From the human T2T-CHM13v2.0 reference genome, Homo sapiens: 64,000 nucleotides of DNA. Below are positions 41,851-53,189 of the stretch, in pieces. The translations under genes and the position numbers were made by a program. Location: assembly GCF_009914755.1 (NCBI RefSeq), contig NC_060947.1, one strand, 5' to 3'. The first letter of the stretch is position 1. Every line of letters begins with the position of its first letter. The notes below the pieces were generated by a model. It was not told where the DNA came from. It searched no databases and saw only the letters and a program-made list of their open reading frames with translations.

Positions 41851-42244
41851 AAAGCTTTAAAAGTACTTCAGTGGATAAATACTTAAGTGGATAAACATTT
41901 AATATACTTGTAGGTTATTCTTTATTAAGAAGATTGTGCTGTGAATTTTACTTTGTTATCTGGGCAGTTTAGAAGGAACAATCAGTACTCTAGCTCCACT
42001 CTGTCTTTATAACTATTTTTATCAGGGTAGGGAGGGTGTCATGGCCAGTACTGCTGTCTCCAGTTAGAGCCACTGAGATTGAGCAAGACTCTGCTTGTAC
42101 AAAAAGAAGACAAAACAAAACAACAAAGTCAAGAGTCGTCAAACACCAGACAGCATTATGAAAAACATCAATTGGTATAGAGTGCTAAAACAAGTTTCAT
42201 AATCAATATACTTACATAAGCATGCTTGTAGCAATGTATATTGA

Positions 42245-42296
42245 TCTCTCTCACACACATACAGACACACACACACACACACACACATACACACAC
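42245..42296. repeat. (CT)n(CA)n microsatellite
   Basis: Interrupted CA run. Confidence 0.9.
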
Positions 42297-43485
42297 GTCC
42301 ATCAAATTATAATGACTAAATTTGCCTTGCTACAGGCTATTTTGCTGGCTCTATATAACCATAGAATTAGTGATGTATATGGGTGATTTATTTCTATTGT
42401 GATGTAAATACTGCCTTTTCAAAAACTAGACTTAAGGTTTTATGATAGTTTTCCCAGTGAGTGGATAGAATCCTAAAGCAATCTTCACTTCCATATCTAT
42501 TATGTTCAATTATATTGCAAGATATTGCCATGTGGCATTAATTGCCTTGTTTTGTAGGATCAATGAAATGTATCATGTATATATATTTATTCCTATTTAA
42601 ATAATAGGTAAAGAGATACAGCACTATCTCTAATCCCCCTGATTTGATAGATAAAATGTCAGAGAAACCTCTGTCTAATTTTTCTGGCTTGCCTAAGAGC
42701 CAAATGTGTTACATTTATATAAGCATTAGATACATAAGGTAAAGAATGAACAAAACTCCTGTTACTGGTTGCTCACAAATGTGTATTTTGTATTACTTCC
42801 AATCATGGCCCATGTACTGCATGCAATCTCACTTATTTATAACCTCATTTCACACCAATGTTACTGCTATGTCTTCACTGATTCTATTAATCCATTATTG
42901 ATTCCATTATTGATTCCATTATTTTCCCACCTGCACTGCTATAGATTCATTTCTGCCAACTGCTTATAAAGCACTTCTTTACTTCCTTAAAAATGTGACT
43001 TAAATTTACTCATCTAGGATATATTACTCATTATATAAAAGTGAATTTGATCACTTCTTTGTTCTACATTTCCTATGAAATATTTCTTTATTGCTAAGCC
43101 ATTGTTTTTTAAGTGTTCTTAAATGATTATAATTATCAGGGGAATGTAAGATAAGTTAGCATTCACTTGATAGTGAATTGAAGAAAATTTTATTAGTCAC
43201 CTGCATATAGAAGCCACTGTGTTGGGGATTGTAAAGAGGAAAACAAAAAGAATAAGGAATGCAAGCACCATAAAAGGCAAAATTAAACAACCATTAAATG
43301 GATGAGATGAAAAATGCTATGAATGAATAGCAGAAAACAAGCTTATTGAATTAACTACTGTAGGCTGTATTTATATTTTTTGTAAAGTCTTATGATGCAC
43401 AAACTTTTAATTTTTTAATTTAATTTAATCACACTTCAGGAATATTTACAGTAATATCACAATGTCCTTTAAACCATCTTTTTAT

Positions 43486-43738
43486 TTATTTATTTATTTA
43501 TACTTTAAGTTTTAGGGTACATGTGCACAACGTGCAGGTTTGTTACATATGCATACATGTGCCATGTTGGTGTGCTGCACCCATTAACTCATCATTTAAC
43601 ATTAGGTATATCTCCTAATGCTATCCCTCCCCCCTCCCCCCACCCCACAACAGGCCCCGGTGTGTGATGTTCCCCTTCCTGTGTCCATGTGTTCTCATTG
43701 TTCAATTCCCACCTATGAGTGAGAACATGTGGTGTTTG
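43486..43738 (-). mobile_element. Short 5'-truncated young L1PA (L1PA3/4-like)
   Basis: L1PA 3'UTR; perfect 16-bp TSD taaaccatctttttat. Confidence 0.92.
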
Positions 43739-43879
43739 TAAACCATCTTTTTATAATGTTAAGTATCTCAGGTTTCTAGTTTTCCTAATTATTTAAGAAG
43801 TTTAAAGATATGGGTCATTCAAACATGAAAATTTCTATATAAGGTTGATTTCAGAAGTCACAGACTTAAAATCCTAGAG

Positions 43880-44215
43880 CTGCAGGGACATATAGTATAT
43901 AAATACAAATGAATAAACAGGCTATGTGTAGGAAAAATAGAGATTAGTGGGAACTATGATAAACTGAAGTCCCATGTCCTTTTTAAAGTAGAATATTCTA
44001 TCTAGCTCCAGTCAATTTTCATTATGTGAGGAAGGAAACCCACTACTGCCAGATCTTTTTATTTTTCAGGAGAACCTCTTTAAACTGGATTTTATGTGAA
44101 ATCTCTCCATTTTAAACTGCCAACAAATGACATAAAAACATTTTTTAAATGTGTAGGTCAAACAAACATATCTGTGGCAATATTTAGCCCATAAGGTAAT
44201 CATTTTCAATGTCAC
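43880..44215. mobile_element. MER102-like hAT element
   Basis: AGCTCCAGTC..TGCCAGATCTTTTTATTTTTCAGGAGAA..GATTTTATGTGAAATCTC..GTCAAACAAACATATCTG. Confidence 0.65.
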
Positions 44216-44219
44216 TTCT

Positions 44220-44887
44220 AGACAAACTAGTTAGGTACATCAAGTTGATCTTTGGCAATACTTGTTCTTCCCTTGAATCCAAACACAACGTGGAACTCAG
44301 TATCTCCTGGAGGTTGGCAGGAATAGAAGAAAGAGTATTGAACTGAGATTCATATGGAACGAGTTTAATTTTTTTTCTATTTCTAACTCATTTTATGACT
44401 CTGCGTCTTCTAGGATCTTAGTTTCCCTTTCTATAAAATGAGACCATTGGATTACACATATGCATAAGCTTTTCCAGCCTTAAAATTCTGTGATTCTCAA
44501 CTTCTTGCAAGTAAAAATGTACCTATACTGTTTTTACTTTATGAGAGTATTTATAACTGAACAGTAATATATTCATCTGGTAAACTCACTCCTGGTAATT
44601 TGTACCCTTCCAAAATAACATACTGCCTTAATTCAGTGAGAACATGTGATTCTCTCAAGATTGGTAGTTGTGTTGGGATTCTGTAGCACAGTGACAGTCT
44701 ATCAGATATTTCTAGTTCAGATATTCTTAAAAGTGCTTATTAGCATACAGTAATATTTTACCCTATTTCAAGAAATCCTACAGGTTTACAACAAAAAAGT
44801 CATACATCAGTAAAATGAGATGATATGAGAGATTTTATAATAGATCCTTGGTGATTCGGTCTTGTGACTTGCGATTTTGTCTCTCTC
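44220..44887 (-). pseudogene. Fossil coding segment, AAA4/AAA5 region, interrupted by MIR
   Basis: SQDRI vs VQDRV; LMYDFF vs GLRDYY; ~55 open codons incl. YVILEGYKLPG..EYITVQL vs EIIFGSGFPKDQEYTQL; after the MIR, LQEILS..CVWIQGKNKYC vs LYDALN..YVHLGGQKYV. Confidence 0.72.
44335..44497 (+). mobile_element. MIR/MIR3
   Basis: CTTAGTTTCCCTTTCTATAAAATGAG..TTCCAGCCTTAAAATTCTGTGATTCT. Confidence 0.72.
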
Positions 44888-45009
44888 CTGATTGCATATA
44901 TTAAGTTCTCAATAGACATTTATTGAACTGTTTTTTGATAAGCCTTCCAAAATTAGAGAATAGAAATTATTGAGGCTTCTGCTCATTCATCAAATATTTA
45001 TTGCTCATC

Positions 45010-45320
45010 TACTATGTGGCAATTGTGACATACTCCAACCATATCTACCATAGAAGGAACACAATCAATACTGATCTACTCACTTACTTTGTCAACCTCA
45101 TTCCCTCACAGTAGAGAAAATTTCATTTTTACTAATTTTTCTCTTTGCTTTTTTTTTTTTTTTTTGCATTCTAGAACATAGACCCTTTTCAAAATCAGAT
45201 TAATCAGCCATTCTCCAAATAGCCTCACCTCGCTTTTAGGTGGTCTAAAAATGCTTACTACATTCTGTCACTCATTTCTTCTGAGTTCTTATGCTCCTTG
45301 ATAAGTGCAGCATACATGGA
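45010..45320 (-). pseudogene. Fossil coding segment, AAA4 Walker B and downstream
   Basis: SEVRLFGEWLINLILKRVYVLE vs RNF213 DEVGLAEDSPKMPLKTLHPLLE; frameshifted SK..SRSVLIV vs AKMNRGIFVS. Confidence 0.62.
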
Positions 45321-45342
45321 AAAATATGTATAATTTAAAAAG

Positions 45343-45700
45343 GGCTGGGCAGGGTGCAGTGGCTCATGCCTGTAATCCTAGCACTTTGGGAGGCTGAGAC
45401 ATGCATGTTGCTTGAGCCTAGGAGTTTGAGATCAGCCTGGGCAATACGGCAAGAGTCTATCTCCACAGAAAAAAAAAAATACAAAAATTAGCTGGGCGTG
45501 GTGGCACATGCCTGTAGTCCAAGCTACTGGGGAGGCTGAGGTGGGAGGATCACCTGAGCCCAGCCCAAAAGGTTGAGGCTGCAGGGAGCTATAATCGCAC
45601 AACTGCACTCTAGCCTGAGTGACAGAGTGAGACCCCATTGGGAAGGAAGAAGAAGAAGAAGAAGGAGAGGGAGAAGGAGAGGGAGAGGGAGAGGGGGAGA
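45343..45700 (+). mobile_element. AluJ with (GAA)n/(GAGAGG)n tail
   Basis: TTGCTTGAGCCTAGGAGTTTGAG; GAGGATCACCTGAGCCCAG; purine tail 45640-45700. Confidence 0.88.
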
Positions 45701-45702
45701 AG

Positions 45703-48574
45703 GAACCAATCACTGAAATTATTTCAAAAAATCCAGATGAAGAAACTCTTTCCTAACTCATTCTTTGAAATTAGTATCACCCTGATATCAAAAATCAGCC
45801 AAAGACACAATAAAGAAAGAAAACTACAGGCCAATATCCGTGATGAACATAGATGCAAAATTCCTCAACAAAATGCTAGCAAAGAGAATCTAACAGCACA
45901 TAACTGAAAAAAAAATACATCACAATAAGTGGGTTTTATTCCAGGGATGCAAGATTGGTTCAACATATGCAAATCAATGTGATTCACCACATAAGAAGAA
46001 TTAAGAACAAAAAACATATGATCATCTCAATAGAAGCAGAAAGATATTTTGGTAAAATCCAACATCCTTTCCTGATAGAAACCCTCAACAAACTAGGCAT
46101 CAAAGGAACATGACTCAAAATAATAAGAGCCATGTATGACAAACCCGCAACCGACATCATACTGAATGGGGAAATGTTGAAAGCAGTCTCCCTAAGAACT
46201 GGAAAAGGGCAAAGATTCTTTCTCTCCACTTGTATTCAACATGGTACTGGAAGTCCTAGACAGAGCAATAAGGAAAGAGAAAAAATATAAGGCATCCAAA
46301 TAAAAAAAGACGAAGTTGCATTGCCTATGTTCACTGATGACATAATGTTATAACTAGAAAACCCTAAAAATTTCTCCAAAAGACTCTTAGACTTGATAAA
46401 TGAGTCCAGTAAGGTTTCAGAATACCAAATCAATGTACAAACATCAGTAGGATTTCTATAAACCAACCATGTTCAACTGAGAACCAAATAAGGAACTCAA
46501 TTCCATTTAAAATAGCCACAAAAAAATGAAATATATAAAAATACCTTTAAACAAAGCAATGAAAGATGTCTACAAAAAGAACTACAAAACACTGATGAAG
46601 AAATCATAGGTAATACAAATAAATGAAAAAACAAACATCCATGCTCAAGGATTGGCAGAATCAATATCATCAAAATGACTATACTGTCCAAAGCAATCTG
46701 TAGATTCAGCGCAATTCTTATTACAAATGTAATTTTTCAAATAATTAGAAAAAAATTTTAAATTCATATGGAATCAAAAAGGGCCTGTGTAGTCAAAGGA
46801 ATCCTATGCCAGAAGAGAAAAGCCAGAGGCATCACATTACCTAACTTCAAATTATACTGCCAGGCTATAGTACACCAAACAGTGTAGTACTGGTACCAAA
46901 ATAGTCACGTAGATCAATATGACAGACTAGAGATCCCAGAAATAAAGCCACAAACCTACAACCAACTGATTATGACAAAGCCAACACTAATAAACAATGA
47001 GGAAAGGACACTCTATTCAATAAATGGTTCTGGGAAAATTGGATAGCCATATACAAAACAGTGAAACTATATACAAAAATTAACTCACGATGGATTAAAT
47101 ATAAGATCCGAAACTATAAAAATGTATAGGAAAACCTCTTCTGGATATTGGCCTAGGTGGTTGATGTATGACTAAGTTCTCAAAAGCAAATGCAACAAAA
47201 ACAAAAATAGACAAGTGGAATTCAACTAAACTATAAAGCTTCTGCACAGCAAAAGAAATAATCAACAGAGTAAACAGACAACCTACAGAATGAGAGAAAA
47301 TATTTACAAATTATACATCCAACAAAGAACTAATATCAAGAATTTGCAAGGAACTCAAACAACTCAACAAGTGAAGGAACAACCCATTAAAAAGTGGGCA
47401 AAGGATTTGAACAGACATTTCTCAAAAGAATACATACAAGTGGTCAACAAACATATGAAAAAAAAATGCTCAACATTACTAATTAGAAAAATGCAAATTA
47501 AATCCACAATGAGATACTATTATACCCAAGTCAGAATGGCTATTATTAAAATGTCAAAAAAAACAGAGATATTGGCATGCACTTCAGAGAAAATGGAACA
47601 GCTATACACTGTGGATGGAAACGTAAATTATTACATCCTCCATGGAAAACGGTATGTAGATTTCTCAAAGAATTAAAAATAGATCTACCATTCAACCCAG
47701 CAATCCCACTACTGAGTATCTATCCAAAAAAATCATTTCATAGAAAAATACCTGCACTCATGTGTTTATTGCAACACTATTCATAATAGCAAAGTCATGG
47801 ATTCAATCAAAGTGTCCATTACTGTATTAGTTCTTTCTCATGCTGCCATGAAGAAATACCCAAGAATGGGTATTTATAAAGAACAGAGGTTTAGTTGACT
47901 CACAGCTCCACATGGCTGGGAAGACCTCAGGAAACTTACAATCATGGCGGAAGGCACCACTCCACAGGGCGGCAAGAGAGAGAATAAGTGCCGAGTGAAG
48001 GGGGAAGCCCTTTATAAAACCATCAGATCTTGTAAGAACTCACTATTATGAGAACAGGACGGGAAAAACCACTTCCATGATTCCCTTATTTCCACCGGGT
48101 CCCACCCTTGACATGTGGGGATTACTACAATTCGAGGTGAGATTTGGGAGGGGGACACAAATCCAAACCGTATCGCTGAATGATTTCATAAAGAAAATGT
48201 GATATATGTACATGACAGAATACAATACAGCCATAAAAATAATGAAGTAATGGCCTTTGAACAAAATGGATGGAGCTGGAGGCCATTATTCTAAGTGAAA
48301 TAACTCACAAACAGAAAATCAAGTACTGCATGTTCTCACTTATAAGTAGGGGCTAAGCAATGGGTACATGTGGACATAAAGATGAAAATAATAGACACTG
48401 GAGACTTCAAAAGGGGAAAATGTTGGAGGGTGAGGATTGAAACATTACCTATTGGATACAATGTTCACTTTTTGGATGATGGGTACAGTAGACGCCAAAA
48501 GCTCACCATTACACAATATATTACTGTCACAAACCTGCACATGTACCCCTGCATCTTAAGTAATAACAATAAGG
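45703..48574 (+). mobile_element. 5'-truncated L1PB-like element
   Basis: ORF2 RT and C-terminal region; 3'UTR ACCTATTGGATACAATGTTCAC..AAACCTGCACATGTACCCC. Confidence 0.85.
47823..48175 (-). mobile_element. THE1D-like solo LTR nested in L1PB
   Basis: TGTATTAGTTCTTTCTCATGCTG ... CCAAACCGTATC. Confidence 0.85.
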
Positions 48575-48589
48575 AAAATATATATACTT

Positions 48590-48690
48590 ATTCTACCTCT
48601 GTGACCCTGCCAAAAAACTAAAATGCCATGAATATCATGACCCAGATTTTCAGGAAAATTAAGATGAACTCTTTCACTGAACTTCCCAAA
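48590..48690 (-). pseudogene. Fossil coding segment, AAA4
   Basis: GILVFWQGHRGRISIYI vs RNF213 VHLVSFQCSPHSTPQGI; joins the 45320 segment once the Alu+L1 is removed. Confidence 0.5.
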
Positions 48691-48970
48691 GCTTTTTGTC
48701 ACTCTTGCTATGACACTTATTAAGCATCCTAGATCTCAGAGATTAGTCAGGAAACCTGACTGACTCACAGCATCAGCCTTTTCTTGCCCTAATTCGTCTT
48801 CAACTCTGGCCATCTCCCAAGATAGTGGTGAGACTATAAACAGTTGGAGCAACTCCTTTCTCTGAGGCCTTGATGGAGCACAGGCCTATGGCACAGTTCC
48901 TATTCTGTCACCTTTGTAGGATCACACAACCACAGCTGATATTTCTTTTGACATTTCATTTTTGCCTTTC

Positions 48971-49282
48971 TTTTTTATTATTATACTTTAAGTTCTGGGA
49001 TACAAGTGCAGAACATGCAGGTTTGTTACATAGGTACACACGTGCCATGGTGGTTTGCTGCACCCATCAACCCATCATCTACATTAGGTATTTCTCCTAA
49101 TGCTATCCCTCCTCTAGCCCCCCGTCCCCGACAGGCCCCACTGTGTGATGTTCCCCTCCCTGTGTCCATGTGTTCTCATTGTTCAACTCCTACTTATGAG
49201 TGAGAAGATGCGGTGTTTGGTTTTCTGTTCCAGTGTTAGTTTGCTGAGAATGATGGTTTCCAGCTTCATCCATGTCCCTGCA
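48971..49282 (-). mobile_element. 5'-truncated L1PA7-like 3' end
   Basis: AAGTTCTGGGATACA..GCCATGGTGGTTTGCTGCACCCATCAACCC; no clear TSD. Confidence 0.85.
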
Positions 49283-49379
49283 TGGAACTGGCAGTTTATC
49301 AAGTGGCGACTCAAATCACAAAACAATCTTAAAAACAATCAAAGCCATGGATGACAGGGTTTAGAGGGAGAGGAGGATA

Positions 49380-49490
49380 TGATCTCTGCTTCTATCCAAG
49401 AGACCCATTGATTTAGTTATTTGTGGAGTATATGTATTAGCAAAAAGAAGTTTGTTATTACTGTTTTTGTGTATGCATGTTCAATTCGAA
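49380..49490 (-). pseudogene. Fossil coding segment before the AAA4 Walker A
   Basis: EHAYTKTVITNFFLLIHILHK vs RNF213 TIAKNLALKENVFMMVVCIELK. Confidence 0.5.
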
Positions 49491-49554
49491 AAGTATGTGT
49501 TTGTTTCTGCGTTATTTACTTATAAGTACTTCTCTAGTTTGTTTTGTTATTGTC

Positions 49555-49785
49555 ATTTATTGAACACTTACTGAGTGTAAGACTCTGTACTCAGTACTTT
49601 AATCTTAACATCAACTCTTTGAGTTAATTATTATTCTTCCCATTTTACAAAGGAGTAGACTTAGGCTGGAAGAGGTAAATAACATGTTGATATTGCACCT
49701 CTTTAGAGGTAAAGCCAGAATTTTAATTTCGTTACATTTGACTCAAAGACTTGTACCTTTTAGCATTGCATAACACTGCCTCACT
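49555..49785 (-). mobile_element. MIR
   Basis: CATTTATTGAACACTTACT..CCCATTTTACAAAGGAGTAGACTTAGGCT. Confidence 0.75.
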
Positions 49786-50039
49786 GTGGTAAAGTTGAGT
49801 ATAACTAAATTATAGCACATTTGCAATAAACTAGCTAAACTTGCTATATAATGAGAACTTACCCTGAATCTATCATTTTTCAATATCAAACATCACTGTA
49901 AATGTTCCTGTTTTGTATGTTAATATGAATCAGGGTTTCTATAACAAACCTTATTTTTTCTGAAGAAATATTGATATGATGCTCTTAAAAATTAAGACCC
50001 AAACATATTTTTTGAATATTCAAAATTATTGATTTTTTT

Positions 50040-51200
50040 CTTGGTGCTCTGATGTACTCACATCAATGCAGAATGAAAAAAAAAAAGATCAAGGGTCACC
50101 CAAGGGGTAGGAGACATAACATTGATTAAAAAAGATTAGTTGATGACAGCCATATTTTTGTTAAATATAAACACTTTAAACCTGTTGGCAAACAAAAAAC
50201 AAATTCTACATATTTTTTGGACACATTTAGTAGCCTAATAATTTGCTTTATCTTTGATTTGTGGAAAGAAATTGTGGGGTCTTTATGAGAACAGGAAAAT
50301 GAATAGTCCTATGCCTGAGCAAAAGACGAGGGGCCATATCTTGGTGTGCTTGCTTTGAAGGGACTATATTAAAAATAGAGCTCCCTCATCTATTTGCAAA
50401 GGGCATGAGAAACGTCCATCTCTCCTGTGAGTCATGACATTCAAAGCCAAGCTTATTCTTTCTCATATTTGCAAGATTAGGTCAATCTGAGCCATTCATC
50501 TAGAAATGACCCAAGTAAGAGAAAGAAAGCTCTCAGAGGGATTGGACACTATAAACTGAAACAGTTGGAAAGAGGGGGCTGAACAAATTTCAGCTCCTTG
50601 ACATTTGGTCTATGATCCAGGAAACTGTGAAGGTAGCATCTTTGTTTGCTCTTTTGACAGAATATTGATTGATTGTGATAAATATGATGGACAGAACTTA
50701 AATGTTCGGAACCAAAGAATCCTTAGAGAACAGGTTTGGCTTTCATGGCAATACTGTAAAGTCAATCAGCTGAAATGCATTTGAAAAGGGGTTGTTCTTA
50801 TCCCCATCTGTAAAAAAATATTAGAAAGAGAGGGAGGAAAACTAACATTATCTTTTCAGATTTTCTTGTTGGGGTGATGATAGTGTTTAATACCACATGC
50901 TTATTTATGCATTTCTTATGGGAATCTGACAGGGCCAATCTTTTTTTTTGGAAGCATACTCATCATAGACATGAAAAGAAGACTCAATAACATGTAAACA
51001 CAATGGAGAATTAGGGAGAGGTTCAGAAGGAAGAATAAGAGCTACACTGAGAAACAGCTTTAATTCACCTTCCTTACCCCACACCCTAGGCTGTTGTTCT
51101 TTCTGGTGCAGAACCTGATATTCATAATGTGGGATGAAGATTAGAAAGATAGCATCAAAGTTAAATCAATGGGTTTTTTTTTCTTTTTATGGATAGTCTA
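50040..51200 (-). pseudogene. Fossil coding segment, AAA3 domain
   Basis: IRF..GCG..LKLFLSV vs MRF..GETGCGKTRLIKFLSD; YFFTDGDKN vs LFFDEANT; SKEQTKML vs SEEMICRL; VYSVQSL*/ESFLSLTW vs VYRVHALPPSLIPLVW; KQIIRLLNVSKKYV vs RVITEVLCASQGFM. Confidence 0.75.
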
Positions 51201-51685
51201 AGAAGAAGAGATGAAATGGTGGTCACTTAAGCTCCAAAAATATTTGTACAGAAGTGTCATAGGGGTGTCTCTTAAAACAAAACATTATTGATTGCTACAA
51301 TAATTCACCTGTACTAAAAATGAACTGCCAAATATCACTTTTAAAAGTTACATATAAAAGTGCAAAAGCATTTATACAGTGGCCATCATGCCAAAGCTTC
51401 TGAATTCTTCATTGCTTTAAGAGCACATAGCTCCAAAATAACATGGCTAAACTGCAAAAAAAAAGTAAATATGGGATAAACCACTTTAATGTCATTTAGC
51501 AATAAATAGCAAGAAATAGTTGTTCTTTGATATTTGCACATGATATTTTGCAATTCAAAAGATTCTGATTAATTTATCCTTTTTAAAATAAGATGTATTC
51601 AAGTATCTCCAAATAGTTACATAAATATTATAATTCAACAAATTCCAGGTTATGTCAGATATATATGTATATATGCCATATATAC

Positions 51686-51730
<45 letters not shown>

Positions 51731-53050
51731 GACTTATGGAAGCAATTTCCACAGTTTGGGGAAAAAGGATATTTTAAAATGGAAATATATAGAGGACGAA
51801 GGCTAACATATGAATCCCATTCTTAATAGCTTTTCATTTTCATAAAAAAACCACATACACAGAAATGGGAAAATTCACATAAAAGCAGGTAGGTGCAAAG
51901 ATTATTTTTGCACATATTCATCAAGTTTCTACTGTCTGCCTGAAATATACTAGTCACTATAAAGAATATATTAAAAAATAGAGTAGTAGAGACAAATAGG
52001 TGAAACAACAAGCAGGAAAACAAATAAGTGTTCCAGTGGTAAGTGTCTGTGTAACTGCTAAGGGAAACAGTGATGTGGTCGTGGAAAGAACACTGGTCTG
52101 GCACTCAGGTGAGCGAGCATCTTGTGTGTTCTCAACCTGGTTATGAACTGGTAAACTAGTAACTTTTGGCAAAATCTCAAGCAAAGAATTTAAGCTACTT
52201 TTAGGAGAGATGACCAGAAGGAATGAAGAAATTAATTTTAAACATATTCAAGGAAATGGAATTTCAAAGGCCCTGATTGGTCATCCTCTATAATCTCTAT
52301 TTTCATATAGAAATCCTTTCTATAATTTTCATAACATATGGTCATTAGTTATTTGCTTGAACAATTGAGGTAAAGCAACTTCCTATCTAAAAGACGAGAC
52401 AATTCATTTGTAAAAATATTTTGAATCTTAGAAAACTGTCCTTTATATTGCATCCAAATGTAAAATCCTTTGGGTTATTTTGCGCATCACCACATTTTCA
52501 AGCTTTTTGTGTGTGTTACTGTGTGCATGTATAAACAGAAATGGAGACCTTTACATTAATCATCTTAGTCTATTAAGGACAGTTTGAGTCAAAATTGTAT
52601 AATAATGTGTGTTTTGTTTGCATATTATTGGCAAATTTGATAAGCTTTCACTTCTGTTGTTATCTAAGTCACCTATAGAGAAAGAGCCAAATGACATATC
52701 ACAAAAGAAACCATAATCCTTATTGCTCTTCACTCTGGAGAAAATCTCATGCAACTAAATGTCTGTCCCTATACTTAACAATATGTTTTTGTAAAAGTAT
52801 GTCATATATTTTATCTTTTCAAACTAAGCTACGAGCAGTCTCCGTGGCTAAGGGTAATTATCTATGACAACATTCTGAACCTGGTAAATTTTAGGCCATA
52901 TATAGTTTGCTTAGGTCTCATATTGCTAAGATATGAATTAATTATCAACATAGTAGGCCATTCATCATAAAGATCAGAAGACTCTAAGTTCACCTTGCTT
53001 GAGAACTCAGCCTAACTGAGGGGATACACATTAAATTGTGACTAACCAGC
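51200..53050 (-). pseudogene. Fossil coding remnants, AAA2 region, interrupted by microsatellite and MIR
   Basis: SSQAR*T*SLLI vs SKRAGVGKSLYV (~52990); ORF 52560-52754 EIFSRVKS..THYYTI vs DVTSSVQT..CHLYIV; DITWNLL vs NPSWSEL; QKLWHDGH vs RKRWESEPH. Confidence 0.55.
51660..51727. repeat. (TA)n(TG)n microsatellite
   Basis: TA-rich stretch followed by ~18 TG units. Confidence 0.95.
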
Positions 53051-53189
53051 AAAATATGAGCATTTCCCTTGAGACATTTTAAATGTGTGAAATGGAGTGG
53101 GACTTAGGTGGAATGAAGGACAAATAAAAACAAATAGCAAGAAAAAAGAAGATAGAAAAGATAAAAGTTGCATTATTAGTTTGGTAAAG

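Noticed and set aside
41900-42090. Separate fossil exon matching the RNF213 DLGLG..RLIVI segment
   Set aside because: Similarity is too weak and a competing candidate lies at 43740-44280; left unassigned
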